The translations under genes were made by a program, and so were the position numbers. Of a stretch of 64,000 bases of DNA, positions 10,379 through 20,810 are shown piece after piece. How positions within the stretch are numbered: the stretch's first letter is position 1; each line of letters begins with the position of its first letter. This DNA comes from an uncultured Actinomycetes bacterium (GTDB taxonomy: Bacteria; Actinomycetota; UBA4738; HRBIN12), in contig CAWAWO010000002.1 of NCBI GenBank assembly GCA_963785835.1, positions 624,867-688,866 on the forward strand. The letters run 5' to 3'. The notes below the pieces were generated by a model. That model was not told where the DNA came from, did not search any database, and worked only from the letters and a program-made list of their open reading frames with translations.

Positions 10379-11532
10379 GGCGCGATCGTCCACAGGAACG
10401 TCGAGCCCTCCGGTCCGGAGGCCTCCACCCGGACGTCCCCGCCCATCGCCCGCGCGGCCGTGCGGGCGAGCGCCAGGCCCATGCCGGCGCCCTGATGGAC
10501 CCGCACGTTGAGCTCCTCGAGCTGCTCGAGCGGCCCGAAGATGCGTTCGTGCTCCTGTGGGTCGATCCCCGGACCCCCGTCGATCACGCGGGCCTCTACG
10601 GCGTCCGTGCCGGCGTTGAACCGGACCCGGACCGGCGTGCCGACAGGCGAGAATCGAAGAGCGTTGTCCACGAGCTCCTCGAGGATCCGGCGTGCGACCC
10701 CGCGGTTCAAGCGAACGATGGGCACATCGATGCTCGAGCTGACCGTGACGCGAGGATCTCGAACGGCCACGTCCCGAGCGACGTCCGCCACGTCGATCCG
10801 TTCGGTGAGTCCGGCGTCCACGGCGAGCTCGAAGCGTTCGACGAGCTGCGCGAGCGCTTGGGCACGGGTGACGAGCCTGGCGAGCAGCTCCGCTTCCTGT
10901 TCCGGCGTCGCCGAGAGCGTGGCCAACGTGTGCGCGACGCCCAGGATCACCGTCACCAGCGTCCGAAGCTCGTGCGACAGACGCGCGACCAGCTCCTGGC
11001 GGCGCGCCGAACGCTCGACGAGCGCGGCCTGCGCGGACTCGAGCTCGCGGGTGCGGCGCCGTTCCCGCTCGAGCGCCTCCGTCAGCTCCTCGATCACCCG
11101 TGGGGTGACGCCCGGGGACAGGATCGCGCCTCCCTCGGCGGCGCGGCTCACGGCGGTGAGGATCTCCTCGCCGTCGGAATCCTTCAGCACGTAGCCGGAG
11201 GCGCCGGCCACGAGCATGCCCCGGACGATCTCCTGATCCTCGTGCCCGGAGAGCGCGACCACGCCGACGTCGGGGAACCCGTCCTTCAGCCTCCGAGTGG
11301 CTTCGATCCCGTCCATCGTCGGCATCCGAACGTCCATCAGCACGACGTCGGGCTCGAGCACGGGCATGAGGTCGAGCGCCTCGAGCCCCGATCCCGCCTC
11401 TCCAACGACGTGGAGGTTCCCGGCCTCGAGCAGCGAAAGCAGGGACTCGCGGAACCCTGCGTTGTCGTCGACCACGAGCACCCGGATCGGCCGTGGGTCG
11501 CCGACCGGGCGGGGAAGGACCGCCCGTTCCAT
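10369..11532 (-). CDS. cytoplasmic hybrid protein: N-terminal receiver domain + HisKA + HATPase_c
   Basis: 387 aa. REC signature IRVLVVDD...VVLMDVRMP, coiled-coil linker, H-box LSHELRTLVTVILG, and a C-terminal ATPase with the G-box GAGMGLALAR. No TM segment. Confidence 0.85.
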   Translation of the reverse strand: MERAVLPRPVGDPRPIRVLVVDDNAGFRESLLSLLEAGNLHVVGEAGSGLEALDLMPVLEPDVVLMDVRMPTMDGIEATRRLKDGFPDVGVVALSGHEDQEIVRGMLVAGASGYVLKDSDGEEILTAVSRAAEGGAILSPGVTPRVIEELTEALERERRRTRELESAQAALVERSARRQELVARLSHELRTLVTVILGVAHTLATLSATPEQEAELLARLVTRAQALAQLVERFELAVDAGLTERIDVADVARDVAVRDPRVTVSSSIDVPIVRLNRGVARRILEELVDNALRFSPVGTPVRVRFNAGTDAVEARVIDGGPGIDPQEHERIFGPLEQLEELNVRVHQGAGMGLALARTAARAMGGDVRVEASGPEGSTFLWTIAPGD

Positions 11533-11834
11533 GTGGCGGAGTGTCGACCGCCCCGAGGCCCGGCGGTATCAGGCGAGCGTCGGTTTCGCCGCAGCCCCGA
11601 GCCCACAGCCAGACTAGCCGGAAGGCACTAGTCCGATCTCCGCAGCTCGAGCGACGAATGTCCGAGGCGTTCGGCCAGGTGGTTGCTATCCTTTGCGCAG
11701 GATTGCCCGCCGAGCGCGCGGCCACGGGGCCGTGAGGACGCCGGCGAGGACGAGAGGCGAGGCGCAGGCCAGGCTGGCCCCGGGACCCCCGAGAGGCCGC
11801 GGTCGAGCGGCCCGCCCAGAACGGAGAGCTTCGC

Positions 11835-13973
11835 GTGCGCGAGGAAGCGCCGCAGGGGCCAGGGAACGAGGTTCCCGAGCCCGTGCGTACAGACGAACGA
11901 ACGGACCACGAGAGCGCCCAACCGGTCTCTCGCTCCCCCCGACGGGCCAAGCCTTCGACGCAGGCATCAGCCCGCGCGGTCGATCCCGACGGACAGGTGA
12001 GTGAGGGGTCGACGCCGGCCGACGGGAAGGCCGCCAGGTCCACCGATGGATCTGGCGACGGCGGTACGGCCGCACCCAAGCCGAGTCGACGCCGGCGGGG
12101 TGGTCGCGGTCGGGGAGGCCGGGGACGATCGAACTCTTCCTCCGCCTCGACCAACCCCAAGGCCGGACCCGAGCGATCCGACGCGGCAGATCCGCAGCCG
12201 GAGGTCGACCTCGACGCACAACCGGGTGAAGTGGAGCGGATGCCTGCGCCGGACGGGTCGACCAGGACCGGGACCGCCCGCCGCCGCCGCCGCGGTGGTC
12301 GAGGTCGTGGACGATCGGGCTCTCGCCAGCCGAGCGAGCAGCGCGACGATGCGGCCGAGGAGTCGACGGCACCAACCAGCGATGCGGTCGAGGGCGAGGC
12401 GACCGACGTCGCACCGACGTCGACGGCCTCCAGGCGCCGGCGTCGGGGAGGCCGTGGTCGCGGCACGAAGAAGGCCACACAGGCCGAGAAGGAACCAACC
12501 GCGAAGTCGAAGGTCGCCGCCGAGCCGACCCGCCCCGCTCGATCGCGGCGGACGACCACCAAGAAGTCCGAGCCCGCGAAGGCGGGCACGAAGGCCGCGA
12601 GCGCGGCGACGTCGTCCAAGGGCGCCGCGGCCGAGGCCGATTCGACCCCGACTCGCGTGCGCCGGCAGCGACAGGGTCGCTCCACCGTTCGCCGACGGCG
12701 AGAGGCGATGCCGGTCGTTCCACGCCTCACCGACAAGCTGATGGTGATCACCGAGCACGGCGAGCGTGACCAGATCGCCGTCCTCGAAGGCGGAGAGCTC
12801 GTCCAGCACTACGTCACGCGGATCGGGGCGACGTCGATGGTCGGCAATGTGTACCTCGGCCGCGTTCAGAACGTGTTGCCGGGGATGGAGGCCGCGTTCG
12901 TGGACGTCGGACGCGGTCGGAACGCCGTGCTGTACGCGGGCGAAGTGAACTGGTCGGCGGAAGACCTGGAAGGGGCGCCTCCGCGCATCGAGCACGTTTT
13001 GAAGAGCGGGCAGTCCGTGCTGGCCCAGGTCACCAAGGACCCGATCGGGGGCAAGGGCGCGCGGCTGACCGCACAGATCTCCCTGCCGGGCCGTTACCTC
13101 GTCCTGGCGCCGAACTCGGACGTGTCCGGGATCAGCCGGCGCCTCCCCGACGACGAGCGACGGCGGCTGCGGGCGATCTTCAAGGAGCTGAAGCCCGAGC
13201 AGCACGGCCTCATCGTCCGGACCGCGGCGGAGGGCGCCAGCCGCGAGGCGCTGGCCGCGGACCTCGAACGGCTGGTCGGCGAGTGGTCCCAGATCGAGAA
13301 GCGCGCGAAGAAGGCGAAGGCGCCCGCGGTCCTGTACGAGGAGCCTGAGCTCACGGTCCGCGTCGTGCGCGACCTGTTCAACGACGAGGAGTACCGGGAG
13401 CTCGTCACGGATTCCCCGCGGGTATTCGGGTCGGTGACCGACTACCTCCGCGACGTCGCGCCGGACGTGCTCGCGAAGGTTCGGCTGCACGACGGACCCC
13501 TGTCGGCGTTCGAGGAGTTCCGCATCGTCGAGCAGATCCACAAGGGTCTCGATCGCAAGGTCTGGCTGCCATCCGGCGGCTACCTCGTGATCGACCGCAC
13601 CGAGGCGCTCACCGTGATCGACGTCAACACCGGGAAGTCGGTGGGTAAGACCAACCTGGAGGAGACCGTCGTCAACACGAACCTCGAGGCCGCGCGCGAG
13701 TCCGCGCGCCAGCTCCGGCTCCGCGACATCGGCGGGATGATCGTGATCGACTTCATCGACATGCTGCTCGAGCAGAACAAGAAACAGGTCATCGACGCGA
13801 TGAAGGAGGCGCTCGCGCAGGACAAGTCGCGCAGCCAGGTCTTCGACATCAGCCCGCTCGGCCTGCTCGAGGTGACGCGCAAGCGCGTGTCTGGTGGACT
13901 GCTGGAGTCGTTCTCCGAACCGTGCCCCACCTGCGAAGGCAGGGGGCTCCAGCTCACCTACGACGTCAACTGA
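11835..13973 (+). CDS. rne: ribonuclease E/G with a long Arg/Gly-rich disordered N-terminal extension
   Basis: 712 aa. S1 and catalytic core run from about residue 310 (VGNVYLGRVQNVLPGMEAAFVDVG ... LVIDRTEALTVIDVNTG ... CPTCEGRG). It lies upstream of rplU-rpmA as in many Gram-positives. GTG 11835 is the most upstream in-frame start, so the start is uncertain. Confidence 0.85.
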   Translation: MREEAPQGPGNEVPEPVRTDERTDHESAQPVSRSPRRAKPSTQASARAVDPDGQVSEGSTPADGKAARSTDGSGDGGTAAPKPSRRRRGGRGRGGRGRSNSSSASTNPKAGPERSDAADPQPEVDLDAQPGEVERMPAPDGSTRTGTARRRRRGGRGRGRSGSRQPSEQRDDAAEESTAPTSDAVEGEATDVAPTSTASRRRRRGGRGRGTKKATQAEKEPTAKSKVAAEPTRPARSRRTTTKKSEPAKAGTKAASAATSSKGAAAEADSTPTRVRRQRQGRSTVRRRREAMPVVPRLTDKLMVITEHGERDQIAVLEGGELVQHYVTRIGATSMVGNVYLGRVQNVLPGMEAAFVDVGRGRNAVLYAGEVNWSAEDLEGAPPRIEHVLKSGQSVLAQVTKDPIGGKGARLTAQISLPGRYLVLAPNSDVSGISRRLPDDERRRLRAIFKELKPEQHGLIVRTAAEGASREALAADLERLVGEWSQIEKRAKKAKAPAVLYEEPELTVRVVRDLFNDEEYRELVTDSPRVFGSVTDYLRDVAPDVLAKVRLHDGPLSAFEEFRIVEQIHKGLDRKVWLPSGGYLVIDRTEALTVIDVNTGKSVGKTNLEETVVNTNLEAARESARQLRLRDIGGMIVIDFIDMLLEQNKKQVIDAMKEALAQDKSRSQVFDISPLGLLEVTRKRVSGGLLESFSEPCPTCEGRGLQLTYDVN

Positions 13974-13990
13974 GGATCAGGAGGAACGCG

Positions 13991-14398
13991 ATGTACGCGG
14001 TCATCAAGACGGGCGGCAAGCAGCACAAGGTCGAGCCCGGCGACATCATCGAGGTCGAGTACCTCCAGCCCGACGGCGATACCGTGACGTTCCACCCGGT
14101 CCTGGTCGTCGACGACGACGGCACGACCCACTACGGCAAGGAGGCCCAGCGAGCCGTCGTGACGGCGAAGTTCGTCGGCGAGCAGAAGGGCGACAAGGTC
14201 AACGTGTTCAAGTACAAGAACAAGTCGGGCTACGCCCGGCGGCAGGGCCACCGCCAGCTCATGACGCTGCTCGAGATCTCGGACGTCAAGCTCGGCACGG
14301 CCAGGAAGACCACGGCCAAGAAGGCCGCCGCGAAGGCCGAGGCGGACGAACCAGTGAGCGCCGAGGAGTCAGCGAGCGCCGAAGAGTCGGCCGAGTAG
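13991..14398 (+). CDS. rplU: 50S ribosomal protein L21 with an acidic/Ala-rich C-terminal tail
   Basis: MYAVIKTGGKQHKV at the N-terminus. RBS AGGAGGA lies 7 nt upstream of ATG 13991. The track ORF starting at 13922 is an upstream extension. Confidence 0.93.
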   Translation: MYAVIKTGGKQHKVEPGDIIEVEYLQPDGDTVTFHPVLVVDDDGTTHYGKEAQRAVVTAKFVGEQKGDKVNVFKYKNKSGYARRQGHRQLMTLLEISDVKLGTARKTTAKKAAAKAEADEPVSAEESASAEESAE

Positions 14399-14428
14399 CT
14401 CAGGGCCTCTGGTAGCCTCGAACGCGCT

Positions 14429-14680
14429 ATGGCACACAAGAAGGGTGGCGGATCGTCCCGGAATGGGCGCGACTCCGAGTCCAAGCGGCTCGGGGTCAAG
14501 GTCTTCGGCGGTCAGACGGTGACCGCCGGCTCGATCATCGTGCGCCAGCGCGGGACCAAGATCCACGCGGGCCGCGGCGTGGGTCGCGGTGGGGACGATA
14601 CCCTGTTCGCGACGCAGGCGGGCGTCGTCTCCTACCACGAGTCGCGCGGCCGCAGATACGCCTCGGTCGAGCCCTCCTAG
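14429..14680 (+). CDS. rpmA: 50S ribosomal protein L27
   Basis: 83 aa, [24 protein letters not shown]. Confidence 0.95.
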   Translation: MAHKKGGGSSRNGRDSESKRLGVKVFGGQTVTAGSIIVRQRGTKIHAGRGVGRGGDDTLFATQAGVVSYHESRGRRYASVEPS

Positions 14681-15141
14681 CTCGCGCCCTCTCCGCTCGC
14701 TCCGTCCCTGACCCTGGCGGCAGCCGCGTTCACCGCTCGGACCCACTCGTTGAGCGCGGCCTTGTTCTCGCGGTTCATCAGGCCGAGGTAGCTGATGTTG
14801 TCCCGGCGCGCCCTGCGCTTGGGGTTCCTGAAGGCCGACAGGCCCCTCGAGGGGCGCTCGGCGGTCGTCTCGCCGCGGATCGCGCCGATCGGCGGCGGCT
14901 GGGCGAAGTAGAACGCGACGCGCTCGGGTCCGGCAGCGGTCTCACGGATCACCATCAGGACCGGTGACCCCCGCAGGCGCTTGATCCTGGCGATCTCGTC
15001 GAGCGGGATCTTCACGGTGGGCCGCGCCTCGTCAACCGGCGTGAAGATCAGCTCGCGGGTGGCGAGCTCGAGCGAGCCCTTCACCTCGGGGGAGTCCTGC
15101 TTCCCGAGCTCGACCTCCCAGACGGTCACGGCCCTCGGCAC
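14677..15141 (-). CDS. hypothetical protein (possibly a PH-like fold), antisense insert between rpmA and obg
   Basis: 154-aa ORF with protein-like composition and a basic C-terminal half. Its stop shares the palindromic CTAG with the rpmA stop. I do not recognise a family. Confidence 0.5.
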   Translation of the reverse strand: MPRAVTVWEVELGKQDSPEVKGSLELATRELIFTPVDEARPTVKIPLDEIARIKRLRGSPVLMVIRETAAGPERVAFYFAQPPPIGAIRGETTAERPSRGLSAFRNPKRRARRDNISYLGLMNRENKAALNEWVRAVNAAAARVRDGASGEGAS

Positions 15142-15179
15142 ACCGTCATCATGCCGCCGCAGGGGTCCTTTGTGCCACG

Positions 15180-16436
<1,257 letters not shown>

Positions 16437-16469
16437 TCTCGAGCGGACGAACGCCGTTCCACCTCCCAC

Positions 16470-17094
16470 GTGCGCCGCTCGGCCGGCCGTAGGATGGCGC
16501 GCGTGGGACGACGCCTGGGCGTCATGGGCGGAACGTTCGACCCGATCCACTACGGGCACCTCGTCACGGCCGAGGAGGCCCTGGTGCAGTTCGCGCTCGA
16601 CGGGGTGGTGTTCGTCCCGACCGGGCAGCCCTGGATGAAGGAAGAGCGCCAGGTCTCGCCCGCCGAGGACCGGTACCTGATGACGGTGATCGCCACCGCC
16701 AGCAACCCGAAGTTCTCGGTCTCGCGCGTCGAGGTCGATCGCGAGGGGCCGACGTACACGGTGGACACCCTGCACGCGCTCGGGGCCGAACACCCGGACG
16801 CCGAGCTGTACTTCATCACCGGCGCCGACGCGATGCTCGAGATCTTGGAGTGGAAGGATCCCGAGGAGGTCCTGTCGCTCGCGCACTTCATCGCGGCGAC
16901 GCGGCCGGGCTACGACCTCACCCGGTTCGAGTCGACCGCCCCGCGGCATCCGAACGTGAGCCTGATGAACATCCCGGCCCTCGCCATCAGCTCGACCGAC
17001 GTGCCGGGCGCGGGTCGGCGACGGGCGCCCGATCCGCTACCTGGTCCCGGAGGGCGTCAAGAGCTACATCGAGAAGGCGGCCCTGTACCGGTGA
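16470..17094 (+). pseudogene. nadD: nicotinate-nucleotide adenylyltransferase, frameshifted as sequenced (extra base near 17004)
   Basis: [11 protein letters not shown] and ISSTDV motifs are present. After ISSTDV the frame is lost, and the +1 frame reads [29 protein letters not shown] then TGA 17092-17094. The shift creates the artificial 530-aa fusion ORF in the track. The likely start is ATG 16494. Confidence 0.85.
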
Positions 17095-18062
17095 CCCGTC
17101 GGCTCGCCGTCCTGCTCGTGGTCGCGATGCTCGCCGCCGCGTCGATCGGGATCCTCCTCGTCGCCCGGGGGACAGAACCGTCCACGGTTCGAGCGCGGTC
17201 GCCGGAAACCGCCGGTCTCTCGTTGCTCGTCGTGGAGACCGCGTCCGGACCGCTCGCCGCGCTCGTGGGTTCGACCGGGTTCGGGCGCCACGGCGCGCTG
17301 GTGATCCCGCCCGAGGCCGTCGTGACGATCCCCGGCCAGGGCGATGGAACCGTCGGGGAGGCGCTCGATCTGCCGGCGCGCCAGGCGGCGACCGCCGTCG
17401 GGAACCTGCTCGGGACGTGGGTGGACCATCACGCGACGATCCGCGCCCGCGATCTCGTGGCGCCCGCCGACGAGCTCGGCGGCGTCGAGCTCGGCGGGGA
17501 GCTGCGGAGCTCCGACGATCTCCGTTCCATGCTGGAGGAACCTGCTCCCGGGGCGGCGGCCGGGCTGCAGGTCGTCCTCGAGACCCTGTTCGGCGCCGGG
17601 GCCCGGTGGGACGCGAACGACCTCACCGATGTGGACGAGGCCTCGGAGGTCGTGGGAACGCTCTCCTCGGCGGCGGGGTCGCGGGTCGCGCTGCTGCAGG
17701 TCGACGAGCTGGCCAGCGGTGTCTTCCGCGCGAGCACCGATCAGGTGAGCCAGGCCCTCACGGACGCGTTCGGCGGGCCGACCGAGGAGGCAGTCGCGGT
17801 GATCGTCCTCAACGGGAACGGCGTTCCCGGGATCGGCGAACAGGTGGCGGAACGGATCCTTCCCGGGGGATTCCGGATCGTCGTGTCGGAGAACGCCTCG
17901 ACGTTCGACCACGGGGAGACGCTCGTGGTGGTGGGGTCGCCGGACGACGTCGGTCTCGGCCAGCGTGTGCGAGACTTGCTGGGTGTGGGGAGCGTCTCGG
18001 TGTCGGTCGGCTCGGGGATCGCTCCGGTGACCGTGGTCGTCGGGAGGGACTTCATCGGGTGA
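17091..18062 (+). CDS. membrane-anchored LytR_C domain protein
   Basis: GTG 17091 overlaps the nadD stop (GTGA). N-terminal TM helix ([20 protein letters not shown]). The C-terminal block [28 protein letters not shown]...[11 protein letters not shown] is typical of LytR C-terminal domains. It occupies the conserved nadD-rsfS position. Confidence 0.75.
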   Translation: MTRRLAVLLVVAMLAAASIGILLVARGTEPSTVRARSPETAGLSLLVVETASGPLAALVGSTGFGRHGALVIPPEAVVTIPGQGDGTVGEALDLPARQAATAVGNLLGTWVDHHATIRARDLVAPADELGGVELGGELRSSDDLRSMLEEPAPGAAAGLQVVLETLFGAGARWDANDLTDVDEASEVVGTLSSAAGSRVALLQVDELASGVFRASTDQVSQALTDAFGGPTEEAVAVIVLNGNGVPGIGEQVAERILPGGFRIVVSENASTFDHGETLVVVGSPDDVGLGQRVRDLLGVGSVSVSVGSGIAPVTVVVGRDFIG

Positions 18063-18086
18063 GGGTGAGCGTGGGCGAAGGACGGC

Positions 18087-18476
18087 GTGCCGGGTAAGGC
18101 CACCGCCCCAGCGGGCAGCCGCGAGATCGCCGTCACCGCGGCCCGGGCCGCGGCCGCCAAGCAGGCCGCCGCCGTCACGATCCTCGACGTGCACGGCCTC
18201 ATCGTGATCACCGACTACTTCGTGATCTGCTCGGGTCAGACCGAACGCCAGGTCAAGACCATCGTGGAGGAGATCGAGAAGGCCGTTCGCGGGCTCGGCG
18301 AGAAGCCGATCCGACGGGAGGGCGAGGCCGGCGCGCGGTGGGTGCTCCTGGACTACATCGACGTGGTGGTGCACGTGTTCACGGACCAGGAGCGGGAGTA
18401 CTACGACCTCGAGCGCCTGTGGCGCGACGCGCCGAGGCTGGCGCACGACGGCGGGGAGATGGCGAACTCCGGCTAG
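18087..18476 (+). CDS. rsfS: ribosome silencing factor RsfS (iojap-like)
   Basis: 129 aa with the core ITDYFVICSGQTERQVKTI...WVLLDYIDVVVHVF. Confidence 0.9.
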   Translation: MPGKATAPAGSREIAVTAARAAAAKQAAAVTILDVHGLIVITDYFVICSGQTERQVKTIVEEIEKAVRGLGEKPIRREGEAGARWVLLDYIDVVVHVFTDQEREYYDLERLWRDAPRLAHDGGEMANSG

Positions 18477-18500
18477 GTCGACGTTCCGTGTGAAGGGAGA

Positions 18501-18529
18501 GCGAGGGCGGGGCCGAGACCCGCCCTCGC
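18501..18529. terminator. bidirectional intrinsic-terminator-like hairpin between convergent rsfS and a small ORF
   Basis: GCGAGGGCGGG (18501-18511) pairs perfectly with CCCGCCCTCGC (18519-18529) around a 7-nt loop. There is no clear U-tract, which is common in high-GC genomes. Confidence 0.5.
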
Positions 18530-18542
18530 TGCACGACCGGGG

Positions 18543-18752
18543 CTACAGGCCGACGGCGCTCTTGAGCTTCTCCGCGTCCAGGCCCATGCCCTCGGCCTTC
18601 GTCCTGAGCCGTTCGAGGTCGAGGTTGCCGTTCTCGTCACGCGCCGCGGCGACCAGTTCCTTCACCCGGTCCGGCGAGATGTCGATCCCGGCCTCTTTGG
18701 CCTTGGCCGATGCCGCGTCGGCGTCGATGTCACCGCCGCCGCCGGACATCAT
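18543..18752 (-). CDS. small hypothetical protein (69 aa)
   Basis: ORF MMSGGGGDIDADAASAKAKEAGIDISPDRVKEL.... Protein-like sequence continues upstream (SQEEVTGDFTNKAKD) up to an in-frame TAA with no start codon, so the 5' end is uncertain. Confidence 0.4.
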   Translation of the reverse strand: MMSGGGGDIDADAASAKAKEAGIDISPDRVKELVAAARDENGNLDLERLRTKAEGMGLDAEKLKSAVGL

Positions 18753-19025
18753 GTCCTTGGCCTTGTTGGTGAAGTCTCCCGTGACCTCCTCCTGCGACTC
18801 GGAGAGTTATCTGCAATCCTTGTACTCCTGTTGCGCCGAAGCATCAACCCCTTCAACGCTGGTTGAACGGCTGTAGGGCGTCAGCGCAGGCAGCAGGCCC
18901 GATCGGAGGTTCGGGAGGGGGACGTGCGTTCCCCGGCAACGGAGATCCTGGATTCAGCTCCCGGATGGGCGTATACCTGGGAACGGCTGAGCGGACGCTC
19001 GTCCGCACGGAGGAAGGAGGCGTGG

Positions 19026-19310
19026 ATGCTCGCCGAGATCGACATCACGATCGGGGACATCATCATCTACGTCCTCGCCGGACTCGTCATCGGCGTGCTC
19101 GCCCGAGCGCTCCTCCCGGGGAAGCAGTCGATGAGCATCCTCATGACGATCGTCATCGGCGTGATCGCCGCCGTCGTGGGAGGGCTCCTCTGGGAGTTGG
19201 TCTTCCAGGACAACGACGGCGTCGCTTGGATCGGCTCGATCATCGTGGGCGTCGTGCTCGTGTGGCTGTACGCAACGTTCGTCGGACGCGGGAGGACCAC
19301 GACCGGCTGA
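19026..19310 (+). CDS. GlsB/YeaQ/YmgE-family (transglycosylase-associated) small membrane protein
   Basis: ATG 19026 is preceded by GGAAGGAGG. The 94-aa protein has three hydrophobic helices (IIIYVLAGLVIGVLARALLPG...) typical of the family. Confidence 0.8.
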   Translation: MLAEIDITIGDIIIYVLAGLVIGVLARALLPGKQSMSILMTIVIGVIAAVVGGLLWELVFQDNDGVAWIGSIIVGVVLVWLYATFVGRGRTTTG

Positions 19311-19384
19311 GCACAGGACCCGATCGCCTCGCCGGACGGTCCAAGGGGTCGGCCGAGCTGGCGGCGGCGGCCGGGTAGGTCGCG

Positions 19385-19975
19385 ATGCCCGAAGCCTTCC
19401 TGTCGTTCGCGACCGGCCTCGCGTTGTCGACGGCGGCGGGATTCAACGCCTACGTTCCACTGCTGGTCACCGGGGTCCTCGCACGGACCACGGACCTTCT
19501 GTCGCTCGATGCGCCGTTCGATCGGCTCGAGGAACCGGTCGTCCTCGGGGTGATCGCGGCCGTGGGCGTGGTCGACTTCATCGGCGACAAGGTCCCCGCG
19601 GTCGATCACGTCCTGCACGCGATCGGTCTCGTCGTCGCCCCGGTGGCCGGTGCCTTCCTCGCGCTCGGGGTCACATCGGATGAGGGAGTGGTGTCGGCCG
19701 TCGCCTTGATCTCGGGGGCCGTCGCGGCGGGGGCGACGCAGGGGGCGCGCGCGAGCGTTCGACCGCTCTCGACCGTGGCCACCGGCGGCATCGGCAACCC
19801 GGTCCTGAGTCTCGGAGAGGACGGGCTGTCCGCGACGCTCGCGTTCACGGCGATCGTCGTACCGATCGTCGCGTTGGTGCTCGCCGTCGCGGTCCTGATC
19901 GTGTTGCTCGTCGCGATCCGGCGCTTCCGGAGATTCATGAGGCCGCGGATGGGACCGGCTACGCCACCGACATGA
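19385..19975 (+). CDS. DUF4126-family membrane protein
   Basis: 196 aa with AAGFNAYVPLLVTGVLAR...VVDFIGDKVPAVDHVLH characteristic of DUF4126. Confidence 0.7.
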   Translation: MPEAFLSFATGLALSTAAGFNAYVPLLVTGVLARTTDLLSLDAPFDRLEEPVVLGVIAAVGVVDFIGDKVPAVDHVLHAIGLVVAPVAGAFLALGVTSDEGVVSAVALISGAVAAGATQGARASVRPLSTVATGGIGNPVLSLGEDGLSATLAFTAIVVPIVALVLAVAVLIVLLVAIRRFRRFMRPRMGPATPPT

Positions 19976-20531
19976 TCAGGATCGCGATCAGCGACGCGGG
20001 CACCTCGAGCAGTGCTGCGCCTGTGGCCCCGAGTGCCGCGAGCAGGATCGCCGGCCGCAGCGCGATCGAGATCGCGGCGTACGGAGAGAGGAGGTCACGG
20101 TTCCCCCATGCGAGACGCACCAGTCGGAACAGCGAGGCGACCAGCCCCCCCGCGCCCCTGGACTCGGACGCCGAGCGGGTCGCCATCTCCCTCCGGACGT
20201 CGGTCGGCAGCGTCCGAGCCCGTTCGGGAAGCTTCGCGAGCTCTCGCAGGCCCGACAGGAAGAGCAGCAGCACCGCGGACGGACTCAGCAGGATGGCGAG
20301 GACGACGATCCGCTCCACCCATTGGTCCGCCCCTCTGACGGGTGTGTCGACGAGCCACACGAGCCAGGCAACCGAGACGCTCACGGCCGCGGCGACCGCG
20401 AGCGTCCTGAGTCCTCGCACGACTCGCGCCGAGACCGCCACGATGCGGCGGAGGATCGCCGCGGTGCGCTCGGTGACCCGCTGTTCTCGCTCCATGAGTC
20501 TGATGTACCCCGATACTCGGCGGAAGCGCAC
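19959..20531 (-). CDS. hypothetical membrane protein
   Basis: 190-aa ORF with about four hydrophobic segments. It is convergent with and overlaps the DUF4126 gene by 17 nt. The start is uncertain (alternative ATG 20495). No family recognised. Confidence 0.45.
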   Translation of the reverse strand: MRFRRVSGYIRLMEREQRVTERTAAILRRIVAVSARVVRGLRTLAVAAAVSVSVAWLVWLVDTPVRGADQWVERIVVLAILLSPSAVLLLFLSGLRELAKLPERARTLPTDVRREMATRSASESRGAGGLVASLFRLVRLAWGNRDLLSPYAAISIALRPAILLAALGATGAALLEVPASLIAILIMSVA

Positions 20532-20567
20532 TCGATAGTGGCCGGCCTCTCACGGAGGGCTCGCCGG

Positions 20568-20596
20568 CTGATGCCCTCTACCTCGAACGCTACACT
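20568..20596 (+). promoter_or_regulatory. candidate promoter of tRNA-Ala
   Basis: CTGATG, 17-nt spacer, then TACACT ending 18 nt before the tRNA 5' end. This is pattern matching only. Confidence 0.3.
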
Positions 20597-20613
20597 CGTG
20601 GATTCCGGCACCA

Positions 20614-20686
20614 GGGCCCATAGCTCAGCTGGTAGAGCGTCTGGCTGGCAGCCAGAAGGTCAGGGGTTCGAATCCCCTTGGGTCCA
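20614..20686 (+). tRNA. tRNA-Ala (anticodon GGC)
   Basis: Manual cloverleaf: acceptor GGGCCCA/TGGGTCC with the G3:U70 alanine identity pair, D arm GCTC-AGCTGGTA-GAGC, anticodon arm TCTGG-CTGGCAG-CCAGA, T arm AGGGG-TTCGAAT-CCCCT, discriminator A. CCA is not encoded. Confidence 0.93.
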
Positions 20687-20810
20687 CCGCGAAACCCCGG
20701 ATCAGCGCCTCGCCTCCGAGCATCGACGCCGGCTGACCATCGTTTGCGGTCCGACTTGGTCCGGTGGGATTGGTCCGGCGAGGATCACCAGCGCGTCGCC
20801 GGCCGCCGCC

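Noticed and set aside
12080-12480. Repeated units in the DNA encoding RRRRGGRGRG, considered as a possible CRISPR or tandem-repeat array.
   Set aside because: The repeats lie inside the rne reading frame, are separated by unique coding sequence of unequal length, and are conserved at the protein level rather than as exact DNA repeats.
16470-18062. A 530-aa ORF that looks like a NadD-LytR_C fusion protein.
   Set aside because: The fusion exists only because an extra base near 17004 destroys the nadD stop. In the corrected frame nadD ends at TGA 17092-17094, overlapping the GTG of the next gene.
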